A stretch of 63,934 nt of DNA, the filler included, from Stramenopiles sp. TOSAG23-6 (lineage: Eukaryota), in the NCBI GenBank assembly GCA_900128565.1. It is 28 parts of 28 records of this genome, joined end to end, with 100 filler letters (N's around TTAATTAATTAA, not from the genome) between each part and the next. Parts side by side here need not be neighbours in the genome. Positions count along the whole stretch, not along the records: positions 1 to 2,204 come from LT638213.1; positions 2,305 to 4,507 come from LT638214.1; positions 4,608 to 6,809 come from LT638215.1; positions 6,910 to 9,110 come from LT638216.1; positions 9,211 to 11,408 come from LT638217.1; positions 11,509 to 13,706 come from LT638218.1; 22 more parts are not named here. The stretch is one strand, 5' to 3'. This document shows positions 1 to 12,540 of the stretch, piece by piece (within the stretch, counting starts at the first letter, position 1; every line of letters starts with the position of its first letter). The translations under genes were made by a program, and so were the position numbers. The notes under the pieces are model-generated. The model searched no databases and was not told the DNA's origin. It saw nothing but the letters and a program-made list of their open reading frames with translations.

Positions 1-34
1 AAATTTTACAAAAAAAAATATTTTTCCACAATAC

Positions 35-594
35 GTGTATATTCAACGCCGTGGAACTGAAATTCTGAATGAAACCTTTCCAGAAAATGGAAAACCTCGC
101 TTTTCCTGGATTCTCCTTGTCGATGATGACACATGGGTTAACTTACAAGTGCTTATCGATTTTTTAGACGATTTGGAATCGAGTGTTCAAAATGTGGCGG
201 AGCTTCCGCTGTCTTTTGGGCATGTTTTAGATGGAACATTTGCAAAAGGTTCGCCTACTCCTTTCATAACTTCGGCCTCTGGTATATTACTTACCCGTGA
301 GGCGTTTTCCCGCCTTGTAAAAACAATGCATCTTGCCAAATACTCGAAAATTCAAAGTCTTACAATTTCAAAAGTGCAAAAACGAACACAATATGCCAAT
401 ATGGACGCCTTGATCAGCCGGACTCTCTGGGCAGCACAGATACAATTGATACATGGTGGTACAGGTCTCTTCATGCCATTTCCAGCAGGTCATATTCTTG
501 GAGATTATATAAGTTCGTTAGACAAATACAGAGGGGGTGGTAGCCCTTTTAAGGGTTCACCCAATAGATATGACTTGTGGAACCCGATTACGAT
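35..594 (+). CDS. Fringe/GT31-like glycosyltransferase exon (partial)
   Basis: WILLVDDDTWVN (DxD motif) and FITSASGILLTREA. Preceded by the 3' end of a family intron. Confidence 0.65.
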
Positions 595-632
595 GTATGT
601 TTTATTTTTTTTCAATTTCGAATTTATTTTCG

Positions 633-2203
633 TACGATGGCGCAGGTCTTCGACATTTAACGAGTCGCGCTATTATGCAAGCTTCAAAGCAGCGACTCCA
701 CCGAACCCACCAAGCTACAACAGTGGCATTTTATTCGAATGAAAGTAGTACTACTTCATCTTGTAGTTTGATAAACAAAGAAAAGAATTTTGGCGAATCA
801 AAAAAAAATCACATCCACATTTTGATATTTTCGAGAGATCGTGCTGCACAGCTAGACCTTCTACTTCAAAGCTTGGATAAACATTTTCCTGCTTGGCGAT
901 GCAAAATGATGAACATCTCACACACTGTGATTGTTCGGACGAGTGATGAAAACTTTCGCCAAGGCTATGAGCGCCTTCAGGATTTGTATGGTGAACAATT
1001 TTTGAACCTCGTGTTTGAAAACAATACTGCTGAGGGGACTCATTTTCGGGGCCTCCTTTATGCTGATTTAAAAAAGTTAAAAAAGGTAGAGAAACAAAAT
1101 GAGAAAATGAACATGTTTGTGATGACATTTGTCGATGATGCTGTACTTCGAGCACCAATTGATCCTGATGAAATTTTCTTTGCAATGAGAGACAATAAAG
1201 TATTCACATTAGACCTCCGCCTATGGCCAGGAATTCGTCGATTTTACATGTTACAGTCTGTGTATTCACCACCACCTTCTGATATTACGGAAACTAATTT
1301 TGCGTATCTAGAATGGTTATGGACGAATGTGGACCCACAATTAGGACCAATGTTGCAGTGGGCATCGTCACAACCAATTTCTGCAACTGTGTTTCGATTG
1401 GCTGATTTGCAACGTTCGCTAAATCTTTCTCCATTTAGCAGCCCAAATACGCTTGAGAATGAAATAAATAGGGGTCTACCTAGACATGTAGCAGCTGAGA
1501 GCCAACCAAAGAGAGCATGTTTTGCTGTCCCCCGGGCAATTAACTTGCATTTAAATCGTGTTCAGACTGACTTCCGAAGCAACCGATTTCATGAAAATGG
1601 GGCAAATACGTCTCCCAAAGCTCTGAATAGTCAATTTTTGCAAGGAGATCGTTTACATCTCCCAGCAGCAATGTTGACATTGTCAGACATGCAATCAATG
1701 GACATTGTGCCGGAGTGGAAAAGTGTTTCTGATGAGCTCCTAATGTTTAGACACAAACCATCAGGGTATCCTGTTGACAACACAATCTTTGAAAATGCCG
1801 CTGTGTTTTGCAAACAAAAGAAGGAGAAAGAAGAGGGTTCTTCATTGAGCAAGTGCATCCTTGATGCAGTTACAATGTGGCTTTCCAAAAACAGTGAAGT
1901 TCGCTTATTTCATTGCCCAAGTACAAATGCAACTGACAAGCTCGCCATGCAAATAGTTCAGAAATGGCTGCAAGATTTAGATGCTTGTAACATTGAGTAC
2001 GTCATCTGGAAAATTGACAATCCAAAGTGTTTCCCACTTTATATTCGCAGGGGGATGGATGTTGACATCGTAGTCAATGTTCCAGCATTTCCTTCTGATG
2101 TTGTCCACTGCTTTGCAAGGAGAAACATGGTCAACATCACCCGTATGTACATGGCCAACACATTGCAACTCCAGCTGGATCATCTTGATGAAATTGGCTT
2201 GGT
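633..2203 (+). CDS. GT-A-like glycosyltransferase domains, probably the same gene as 35-594 (3' partial)
   Basis: Long ORF with ILIFSRDRAAQLDLLLQS and FVDD motifs typical of GT-A folds. The junction to the upstream exon is unresolved. Confidence 0.5.
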
Positions 2204-2446
2204 TNNNNNNNNNNNNNNNNNNNNNNNNNNNNNNNNNNNNNNNNNNNNTTAATTAATTAANNNNNNNNNNNNNNNNNNNNNNNNNNNNNNNNNNNNNNNN
2301 NNNNTTTTTTTTTTTTTTTTTTTTTGTTTTTTAAAAAAATTTTTTCCCAAAAAAAAAAAAAAAAAAAAAAAAAAATTCAATATGTTTTATCAGAAATATA
2401 AACATATTAAACAATAAAGATATTGAAATATTTTCATATAATACAT

Positions 2447-3170
2447 GTCATTGGTGCCACGAATAGACCTCAAGAATTAGATGAAGCAGCTAGACGTCGT
2501 TTTGTGAAGCGGTTATATATAGCTTTGCCTGTAGGTTTGGATTTTTTTTTTTTTTTTTCATACGAAATTTTGTACCTAACGAAAAAAAATTTGGAAAAAA
2601 AATTTCAGTAAAAAAAAAAAAATATTCTTCACAATATATACTCAAGAAGCTAGAAGTGCATTAATTACTAGATTACTACAAAAAAACAGTTCAAATGTGT
2701 CTAAAAATGAGATTAAACATATTGTTCAAAAATCAAAAGGCTTCTCTGGCTCAGATCTCCATGCTTTATGCACAGAAGCTTCAATATACGTTTTTTTTAT
2801 ACGAAATTGTATACCTAACAAAAAACAAATTTTCAATTTTTTTTTTTCAATTTTTTTTTCAAATTTTTTTTAAATTTTTTTTTTTATAAAAATTTTGTAC
2901 CTAACAAAAAAAATTAATTTTTCAAAAAAAAGAAAAAACTATATTGTTGTACATTATTTGGGACCTATTCGAGATTTAATGACTGGATCTGATATAATGA
3001 CATCAGCAGCAAAAATGAGTGCTGATTCAGTGAGACCAATAAAAATGACTGATTTTGATACCGCATTCCGACAGGTTCGTGCAAGTGTCGCTCAACCAGA
3101 ACTTTTATCGTATATTAAATGGAATGAAGAATTCGGAAGTTTTGGTGAATCCAATGAAAAACAAGACTAA
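2447..3170 (+). CDS. Fidgetin/spastin-like AAA ATPase, C-terminal exons (2447-2530, 2640-~2785, ~2960-3170)
   Basis: Spliced translation [36 protein letters not shown]...[20 protein letters not shown]...WNEEFGS. Confidence 0.9.
2531..2639 (+). other. Family intron, GT..AT
   Basis: CCT|GTAGGT...TTTTGTACCTAAC...CAATATAT|ACT restores LP-TQEAR. Using the internal CAG at ~2608 would give an immediate TAA. Confidence 0.85.
2786..2959 (+). other. Family intron with AT start and two branch motifs (boundary ambiguous by 2 nt)
   Basis: AT|ATACGT...TATTT|G GGA (or 2784-2957, AT..AT) restores EAS(M/L)GPIRD. Confidence 0.7.
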
Positions 3171-3463
3171 TTTTTTAAAAAATGGCCGATGGCCGATGGA
3201 ACAAAGCTGTTTTTTTTGACCTGACCTCGGAGATCGCGTCGCGCGAATATTCAATATATTATTAAATTTTTGATCGATGCTCTAAAAAAAAGTTTGTGTT
3301 TTATATACGGAGGAAGTTTACTATACCTTTTTATTTTATATACGATAACGAATACAAAAAATATATCTTCAATTGCTAGCTCTGATTGATTGTGATATGA
3401 CGAAATAAAAGTTAAACTCTATATACTGATTCTAGAATACATTATTTTTGTTTGTGTTTCCGA

Positions 3464-4429
3464 ATGGGTGATACTTCATCTCGAATCAGTGATGAAACTT
3501 CTGGATTTGCTAATGTAGCGTGTAAAGAGTGTCTCGAGACTACAACACCAGAGTGCATGCTTCTTTGTGATGGTTGCCCTAATGCTTATCATACGTTTTG
3601 TTTACATCCTCGCCTTGATGAGATACCAGATGGTGACTGGTTTTGTCCGAGTTGTGTCGAGCGCCCAAAAGAGAACAACACAGAGTTGAAAAAAGAGACG
3701 AGACTAATGTGTAGTATACCTCAAATGACACAGTCAAGTGTAGTGTCTTCCGATGATACCGATACTAATTTCAATGGTATTATTGATGATGATGAAGTCA
3801 AACTCAAAAATACTAATAAACCTACACTTCATTCATCAGATTCGTGTGATATAGAAGCTGATCTTGAAGCCTATAGAAATGAAATTAATGAAAAAAATAA
3901 TGCCTCATTGTCTCTCAATACTCTCAATACTCCAGGCAGAATAGATTCAGAAATAACTGAAAATGTTTCACAAGTAAAAGAAAAAAAAGAACCTACACTG
4001 CAATCATCAGATTCATGTGATATACAAGCTGATCTTGAAGCCTATAGAAAAGAAATGAAACTAAAAAATGAAAATTCTACAAAAACTTTTGAGAGTGGAC
4101 ATGAAAAACACGAAAAACACAAAACAATACGAAAGCATCCTATACTTCAATCAACCCTGTTATCAGATTCATCCGATTCATCTGACATAGCAGCTGATAT
4201 TGAAGCATATAGAAATCAGGACATAATTGTACCTAACCCTAGAAACACTAAAAACACTAAAAACACTAAAAATACTAAAAATACTACAAACACTACAAAA
4301 ACACAAAAAATGGATGAAATATCTCTGGACAATATTGTACCTAACCCTAACCCTAGTACTATATCACAACCAAAACGACGATTGAGTTCAAGATCAATCC
4401 AAAAACGTGTCGTTACCATAGATGGACAT
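3464..4429 (+). CDS. PHD-finger protein (3' partial) with three SSDSxDIxADxEAYR repeats
   Basis: CxxC...MLLCDGCPNAYHTFCLHPRLDEIPDGDWFCPSC. A family intron starts at 4430 (GTCCGT). Confidence 0.85.
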
Positions 4430-5018
4430 GTCCGTTTTCAATATTGAATTTCGATTTTTTTTTTTTTTTTTCATACGAAATTTTGTACCTAACGAAAAAA
4501 AATTTGGNNNNNNNNNNNNNNNNNNNNNNNNNNNNNNNNNNNNNNNNNNNNTTAATTAATTAANNNNNNNNNNNNNNNNNNNNNNNNNNNNNNNNNNNNN
4601 NNNNNNNCGTATTCAGTTGATATTACGTAGATTCAATTCTTTATTCGAGTAAAAATTGAATACGTAGATCTCAAGAGGAGGACCCGAAGAAGATTGAAGA
4701 TTTGAGAATCTCGGCACTTTTTTAAGATTCGGGATTTCAAAAAATATAAAACACAACACGAAATCCAAATAATTGAGCAAAAAAAAAAAAAAAAAAGAGT
4801 CAAACAAAAAAAAAACTAAAACAAAAACAAAACAAAAACAAAACTAGCTAGTACAGTAGTATTGTTTGTTAAGCAAGCACAAGTACCGGAAAACGTTCTA
4901 CGTAGCGGTGCTCTACATTTACATTTTGCACGCTCTCTGTATATGCATACTATAGATAAGGATAATAACTTGTTTTGGTTGCTATAGCATTTTTCAACAA
5001 CACAAAAGAGTAGAGTAA

Positions 5019-6660
5019 ATGGTGTATTTTATACGTTTACCCGTTTCCATCCTTATGGGACGAAACAGCAGACGCTGCTTTTTTAGTAAACATTATGTAC
5101 GATCATTCATATCATATCTAGAACCAAACTCATATATGATAAATATATCGTCAAAGCCAATATTTCCATATCGAGTACAGTACATCCGTCCTTTTTCTGA
5201 GTATAAAGAGTCAACAAATACTAGTAGTAGGAATACGTCTCCAACATCTTTAACTGGCCCAAATAGTTTTCAATCAAATTCTACTCCTCCCACAGATGTT
5301 GATGTTGGTACAACAAATACAGTCAATACAACTACAAATACGAATCAAAACAATAAAAACAAATCAAAGAATTCTTCTTCTCGCGTTGACATTGTCAAAG
5401 CTCTTCGAGAAGTGTTAAAAGCAAAAGGCGATGTATGTTTTATTTTTTTTTTACAAAAAAATCGAATTTTTTTTTCATACGAAATTTTGTACCTAACAAA
5501 AAAATTAGATTTTTTTTGAAATATTTTTCTAAAAAACATGGAAAACTATTTCGCATTGATAGACATGATAGCATGTCGGAATATTTAGTAACTGATCCTG
5601 ACTTAGATACAATACCATCAGAGTCTGTAGAAAATCCGATAACAGGTAAAACAATAAAATGGTACAATATTAAAGATGTAAAAACACTTGTCGTTCGGCG
5701 ATGGGGATCGTTTGAAGCCATGTATGTTTTTATTTTTTTTTTTTTATTATGAATTTATATAATTTTTTTTATTTTTTTTCATAGTAAATATTGTACCTAA
5801 CAAAAAACAAAAAAAACAAAAAAAAATTGAAATATTGTTTTTCAATTTTGAATTTTTTTTTTTTCATAGTAAATTTTGTACCTAACGATTTTTTTTTTTT
5901 CGTAAAAAAAAAATATTTTTGTAAAATACATGGAACTTGAGAAAGAAAAACGTCGCAGTGCGTTTTGGAGTCAAAAAAAAAAGAAAATTCGGTTACAAAG
6001 AGAGGATAGTCAGCGTCAATATCAAAAATACCAAAATAAAGACAATACACAACCTTCGAAACAGAAGCATCGATATCGATCGTTGGGTCATGAAGAAAGC
6101 AAAAGTATCTTTTTTATTATGAAATTTTTTTTGTATGAATTTTTTTTTTTTTTTTTTATTATGAATTTTTTTTTGTATGAATTTTTTTTTGTATGAATTT
6201 TTTTTTTTAATGAATTTCAAATTTAATTTTTTTTTTTGAGTTTTTATTTGATAATAATAATATTTTTTTTTGTACCTAACAAAAGTGTATTTAAAAAATT
6301 TTGACATATTTTTTCATATATATCATATCCAAGCACTCGAAAAGGACAAACTAGAGTCTGGCAAGAAAGATTAGGTCATTTAAAAAAACAAAACCCTAAC
6401 CCTAATCATGAAAACCCTAACCCTAATCATGAAACATTCTTGGCAAATGATAATTTGAATAGTATAACAACTCATCCAAGTCGAAGTGATCGATTTGACC
6501 AAAAAATTAATAAACAACATAATTCAATTGATTCAAAATCAGTGGTTGAATTAGCAGTGAAAGGTAATGGAGCTGTTGCAATTATGAAATTTGGTGCATT
6601 TGTACATTTTAATCATGAAATTTTTTACCTACATTATTTTTCATACGAAATTTCGTACCT

Positions 6661-6699
<39 letters not shown>

Positions 6700-6748
6700 A
6701 ATATATGCCGTCACAGGTTCAGGTTCAATGTTATCAGAAGCTATTCAT
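5019..6748 (+). CDS. SLC30A9: Zinc transporter 9-like CDF protein, 5 exons (3' partial)
   Basis: XPA-like segment (EYLVTDPDLDTI...DVKTLVVRRWGSFEAMELEKEKR) plus the CDF start GNGAVAIMKFGAF|AVTGSGSMLSEAIH after removing four GT..AT introns. Confidence 0.85.
5433..5539 (+). other. Family intron, GT..AT
   Basis: GAT|GTATGT...GTACCTAAC...AAAACAT|GGA, in frame. Confidence 0.85.
5722..5931 (+). other. Family intron, GT..AT, with duplicated branch unit
   Basis: AT|GTATGT...AATACAT|G GAA gives EAM-ELEK. Two TTGTACCTAAC motifs. Confidence 0.85.
6105..6323 (+). other. Family intron, GT..AT, with internal tandem expansion
   Basis: A|GTATCT...GTACCTAAC...CATATATAT|CA joins into the downstream frame. 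Confidence 0.7.
6602..6706 (+). other. Family intron, GT..AT, containing (TA)n
   Basis: TTT|GTACAT...AAATATAT|GCC restores KFGAF-AVTGSGSMLSEAIH. Confidence 0.88.
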
Positions 6749-6960
6749 GTATGTTTTTATTTTTTTTTTTACAAAAAAATCGAATTTTTTTTTTATAGTA
6801 AATTTTGTANNNNNNNNNNNNNNNNNNNNNNNNNNNNNNNNNNNNNNNNNNNNTTAATTAATTAANNNNNNNNNNNNNNNNNNNNNNNNNNNNNNNNNNN
6901 NNNNNNNNNTCGTATGAAAAACAAAAAAAAATAATTTTGAAAAAAAAATTAAAAACATAC

Positions 6961-7515
6961 ACTGAAATAATAAAAACAAGTGACAAAACAAGTAAAATGA
7001 AAATTATTGTATACTGTACAGCTAAACTGTGTCTTCGAATAATATGATTCGATCGTCTTCGTGCATGAGTATGTTGATGCTTTTATGTATTGTAAGAAAA
7101 TATTTCATTTTTTTTTGATTTTTTTTTGTTAGGTACAAAATTTCGTATGAAAAAAAATTGAGCAAAAAAAAAATCTAGACATTTTTTTTGGTGACCACTT
7201 ACGATGATGTTTTTGTTCTGTTGTATTGACGTTTTGAGTCTTGTACGCTGTATTTGGAATTCCATTGCTTTGTTGTTTAGGTCTACTAGTAGACACAACG
7301 GGTGGCGTGTAAGCAGTAGGATCAGATTTGATAGTAGAAGAAGAAAACATATTTTCAGCATGCAGTGTTTTGAGCATTTCGTGTTTTTTTGTTTTTTTTA
7401 TCTTTTTCAAATGCGTCTTTTGAATGTTTTGTTTTTGAATAACTTCATGTCCAACTCCGTTGTCGACTGAACTGAAAAGAAACAAAGCAAATAAGAAGAA
7501 TGGAGTTTTGTTCAT
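6961..7515 (-). CDS. Signal-peptide/membrane protein of unknown function (partial), family intron at ~7085-7180
   Basis: Hydrophobic N-terminus MNKTPFFLFALFLFSS. Intron motif on the minus strand; phase unresolved. Confidence 0.45.
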
Positions 7516-8215
7516 TGTCTTTTTTTGAAGTTTTGATTTGGGTTAGTTCGATGTCGAGATTCTTATTTTGTTGTTGTTCTTGTTGGTTTTTAGTTATAAT
7601 GTCACAACTTCACTTGTGTGTTGATTAAAGATATTCTATATATATATTATATACAGGCGAATATGAAGTATTATTGTGTATGACTATGACTGAAAAGGTA
7701 CAGACTATACTATGTTTTGACGTGTTTTTAGAATAACAATATCACTGACGACAACAACAGACAAACACAAACACAAACAAGATCTCATCAAATTTAAAAA
7801 AGAAAAAAAGAATCGAATCGAAATTAAAAATTGAAGAAAAAAACTTCTTACAAACCTGCTTCGCTAGAAATTCAAAAAATCAAAAAATATCAAAAAATCA
7901 AAACATCAAAAAAAACACATCAAACAAAAACAAAATTTTTAGACAAAACGACAAAAACCGTCTCTACAAAAAAAAAAGAAAAAAGTCGTATACTAATATC
8001 ATACATTTCGATTGTCATAAAAACTAGTGCAAAGCAAGAAAAACTGGGTGTATCCATGATGAAGGTGTACTGAGGTAATTGGTCAAGCAATTTGTCAATT
8101 TGTGTTGATAATATTGAAAAAAATTGCACATCTTTGTTGAACATTCTGTGAACAACGTATTTGAATATAATCAATATAAAAGTATTCAAAGAAAGCTTAA
8201 AAAAACACAAGAATA

Positions 8216-8984
8216 ATGATATTTCATCGTGATAATTGGAATCGAAACACAATTCTTGCATTTCTTTTTGCAGCTACAAATAATGCTGCATATGGAGTAT
8301 GGGGATCTCCACTTTTACCTACATTTATTTACATTGTCCAAAATGAACTTGCTACTAAAGTTGGATATGCAGAAGCCGTCCAAGGGGCATTTCAAGCAGC
8401 TCTGGCAATCCCTGCAGGTTGTCTAGCTGATAAAGGTAGTCGTCATTATGTATTAAAATTTGTTTGTTACATGTAAAACTATGTCAAATGATTTATTTCA
8501 ATATATGATCATTTCACTTTGAGTAATGTAGTTTAGTAAATGAGATATATAATACAAATGCACCATTATTTCACATTTTTTCTTTTAACATATTTACCAA
8601 ACATGATATGCAGCGATAGTTCAAATCTTGGCAGCATTGGCTACAGGATATTCTGTGTTAGGCTTCCAAAATAGTAACCCTAACCCTACTACTACTACGA
8701 ATACTCCTACTACTCCTACAAATCATACAACAAGAGATGAACAGTATATGTTTTATTTTTTTTTTTTCTGGAAAAAAAAAAATCGATTTTTTTTTTGGTT
8801 TTCGTACGAAATTTTGTACCTAACAAAAAAATTTAATGTTTTTTTTTTTTGAAATATTTTTCCAAAATACATGGAAATGGTTACTGATTTCGTGCTCACT
8901 ATGGGGATGTTATGCAGGATTATACGGGCCACCTTTGGAAGCTATATTTGGTGATTCAGTAACTACAGGAAAACGAGCTTATAT
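8216..8984 (+). CDS. MFS transporter, N-terminal exons (8216-8461, 8610-8745, 8873-8984)
   Basis: AIPAGCLADKGSRHYVL (MFS motif A-like), hydrophobic helices, PPLEAIFGDSV. Confidence 0.75.
8746..8872 (+). other. Family intron, AT..AT
   Basis: CAG T|ATATGT...AATACAT|GG AAA gives EQ-W-KWLL. The next intron at 8985 also starts ATACGT. Confidence 0.75.
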
Positions 8985-9341
8985 ATACGTTTTATACGAA
9001 TTTCTAATTTTTTTTTTTTTTTTTGGTTTTTTTTTTCACAGTAAATTTTGTACCTAACAAAGTTTTTTTTTTTTTTGAAAAAAAAAAATTTTTAAATATT
9101 TTTCCAAAAANNNNNNNNNNNNNNNNNNNNNNNNNNNNNNNNNNNNNNNNNNNNTTAATTAATTAANNNNNNNNNNNNNNNNNNNNNNNNNNNNNNNNNN
9201 NNNNNNNNNNGAAATTTTGAATTAGCTGAGTTTTTGATAAAGAAAGGTGCAGATTTTGATGCTGATAAATGGTATATAAAACTCCAGGATTTCTATAAGA
9301 ACTAAAAACGCGTGTGAAAAAAATAAATATTTTTAAAAGTT

Positions 9342-11329
9342 TTATTTTTTGGAACTCAATACATTTTTAAAAAACTGAAAGTAAGTTGAGCTTAATACGG
9401 CATCAGAACAATTTACAGTAACTTTTGAGTCCCCTGTTTTGATATCTGAATCAATACTCAATAAAATTGAATCATTTGTATCAATCCGACATCCGGTAAA
9501 CATTGCTTTACCGCTACATAGAAAATCATCCTCAACTGGTAACAGAAATAAGTTAGCAGAGATGAGAATTTTTTGTACACAATTGTCCAAACCTAAAATC
9601 GATACATGACCTGAAGATTCTTGCATTCCCGCCATATGAACCTTAACTTTTTCAAATTCATCACGAGACATTGGAAGGGACCGTATTAGTTCCCCGATCG
9701 GAATTTTCATTTTTATTGGATAAATTCCTCGACTGCAAGAAATTGAAAATTTGACTGGCTTTTCTTTTCCTTTGAAATCTACAGGAATTCGTGTAGGGAA
9801 CATTACTTCTGGAAGTAATTTCGGAATTTCTTCAAACGTTCGAATTGATTTTTCATCTTCTACTTTAATCATTCGAATATTTTCAATGCTGTAGGGTTTG
9901 TTATTTTTAATATGAAACTCAACAATATTGAAATTGGTACCTAGAGGAGAAATTTCACGTAGAAAAACTGTTTCAATACTCAACCCATTTCCCATAACTT
10001 TGCTCAAGAGACAATGCTTTGTCAATAGATTATTAGAAATCGTATCTCCCGATTGTGTCGTTGTACCTTTCTTGACGATTTGTTCAGGACTCGAGAGAAT
10101 TTCACAAAGACCTGAATGCAAAATATGCTCATCTTCATTATCACCCTCAACTTCATCAAGTGGATCAAATGAGTCATTGTGTTTGATCGTTTCATGATTT
10201 TCTTCTTTTATCTTTGATGTATTACTATCAACATTGAAACTATCAAACATTTGCAAAAGATCATCCGAAGTGGATACATTTTTGGTATCTACATTTGCAT
10301 TAATACTTTTAGAGGGTTTCAACAGAGGAGATAATCCTGGAAGAAGTTTTTCAACTGGTTTTAAATTATTTCTATGCTTTTTATTCACTACGGTAGGTGT
10401 GTTTACATAACTACTAGTTTCAACAGTTGTGTCACTATCGCTATCACTGTTGCTGCTATTCGAATCATCATCATTAGAATCATCATCACTACTATCGCTA
10501 CTACTACTGCTATCACTATCAGAGCTACTACTACTACTACTACTACTACCATCATCATTATCATCATCATCATCATCATCAGATGATGATGATGATGATG
10601 AATAAAAACCATCAGCCAAACTTTTTACTTCTCTATTTGTTTTTTGTTTTTTTGATTTCTTTCGATTCGCTGAATTCGCGGCATCAAAGTCATCTGAATC
10701 CGAATCATTCAAATGAGTGGATTCTCTTACACTGGAGTCAAGAGGATCAAGGGTCCAATCGGGAAGTTTTTGATATCCAAAAGCCGCATGTTTTACACAA
10801 TGTGATAATGAACCTAGTATAAATTGTGTACGTTTTTGAGACATGGTTTCGTCTTTCGGACATTTTTTCGAAATATCTGTATCCATTTTATCATATTTAC
10901 TTGTAAAAAATATTCGTTTTGCGTAAGAAACTATATTAGCATCTTTCTCTTCACCAATACATATTGTTTCAAATAATTTTGCTCTGTCCCTTACGTCATA
11001 GTTTAAGTCATATTTTGCTAATTGTAAGATATACTTTAAAAGTAAATACAAATTATTATGTATTTTGGAAAAATATTTCAAAAAAAAAAACTCAAATTTG
11101 TTAGGTACAAAAAAAAATAAAATATACATCATTTGGATTTTTCATCTGAAGTTTTACAGCTAAATTTACAATTTGCATTTTGACTTCAGAATTTTCTCTC
11201 TGAAAACCAAGCGCAAGTTTTCGAAGAATATCTGGAGCTTCTACGCTGAAGATAGAGTAAAAATCTCTGACAATCCAAACGATAGATGCTCTTGCGGCTG
11301 GGACTTTGACAGAGTCCAATAGAGATACA
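9342..11329 (-). CDS. AP3B: AP-3 complex beta subunit, C-terminal part
   Basis: PAARASIVWIV, APDILRKLA, VKMQIVNLAVKL, YILQLAKYDLNYDVRDRA, acidic Ser/Asp hinge and ear domain. Confidence 0.9.
11058..11127 (-). other. Minimal 70-nt family intron, GT..AT
   Basis: GAT|GTATAT...TTTTGTACCTAAC...AAATACAT|AAT, in frame (NPND-NNLYLL). Confidence 0.85.
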
Positions 11330-12540
11330 TTGTATTGTGAAAAATTATTTTTGTTTTGTTTTTGTTAGGTACGAAATTTCGTATGAAAAAAAATAAATTC
11401 CAAATTGANNNNNNNNNNNNNNNNNNNNNNNNNNNNNNNNNNNNNNNNNNNNTTAATTAATTAANNNNNNNNNNNNNNNNNNNNNNNNNNNNNNNNNNNN
11501 NNNNNNNNCACACCTCACGAACAATACAATACTGTTCCTTTGATTTCAAAATCTACATAATCTCAAATCTTATCAAAACGTAAGTCGAAACTATATCACA
11601 TAATTATTTCCCATATAAACTAACCCACAGATAGAAATTGTTTTGAAGAAAATTACAGCTCAGTAATGGTGAATAAAAATAGGAGCAAGATGAGTTCAGT
11701 GGTATCAACCCCGTTCGTTCTTTGGATATGGATTGTTATTCACGCAAGATGTAAAAACAATACCAAAGTCAACACTGTATGTTGTGCCTAGAGATGTAAC
11801 TGAATTCAAGTACATTCTCAGTGTGGAAGACCATCTTTTTCTCAAATGTAAACTACTCCTCCCGAAGATGCGTGAAGACATGTCTAGATNNNNNNNNNNN
11901 NNNNNNNNNNNNNNNNNNNNNNNNNNNNNNNNNNNNNNNNNNNNNNNNNNNNNNNNNNNNNNNNNNNNNNNNNNNNNNNNNNNNNNNNNNNNNNNNNNNN
12001 NNNNNNNNNNNNNNNNNNNNNNNNNNNNNNNTGTCGAGGCACCAACTTCCTTTCTCTGTAGCTTTACAATTTTTCAATTGTCGAGGTCTATTGATTGGCA
12101 TTGTTCTGTTCATGATGATTTCATTGTTAATCACAGTGATCTTTTTTAGGAAAGAATGGTCTAATTATCAACCAAAAGACTAAAAGAACATGGAGTTGGA
12201 TTCATGCGAAGATATCACCGAAAGCTTTACTTGTTTACGGTCATTTTCAACCAGGTTGGCAAACGACAGCGAAAAGGAAATGATATTGGTGTATACGTGT
12301 GATGGAAACATGTATTCGATTGAATGTACCCACCAAAAAGCTTGTACAGCGATTACCTTTTTCGAGTATGCTTGGTTGTCTACATGAAAAATTGTCATCA
12401 AACTGATTTCTCATTCTAGAGGACACTTTGCTGCATCTTTTACTGGTCTCTCTGGATCTCATATAGTTATCTTGACAACTATCAAGTCGAGTTTTAAAAC
12501 TAATTGGTGCCCGCAATGTGATCGAATGGCCAGCAGAGTA

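Noticed and set aside
2204-2303. Regularly spaced TTAATTAATTAA repeat, and any gene-neighbourhood inference across it
   Set aside because: Artificial contig linker embedded in Ns; adjacency between contigs is meaningless.
2560-2582. Recurrent peptides SYEILYLTK / FVRNFVPN / KFCT in the ORF track as a shared protein domain
   Set aside because: They are the three reading frames of the intron branch motif read through by the ORF finder.
10374-10612. Poly-Ile/Met/Val ORFs
   Set aside because: Alternative frames of the Ser/Asp-rich AP3B hinge.
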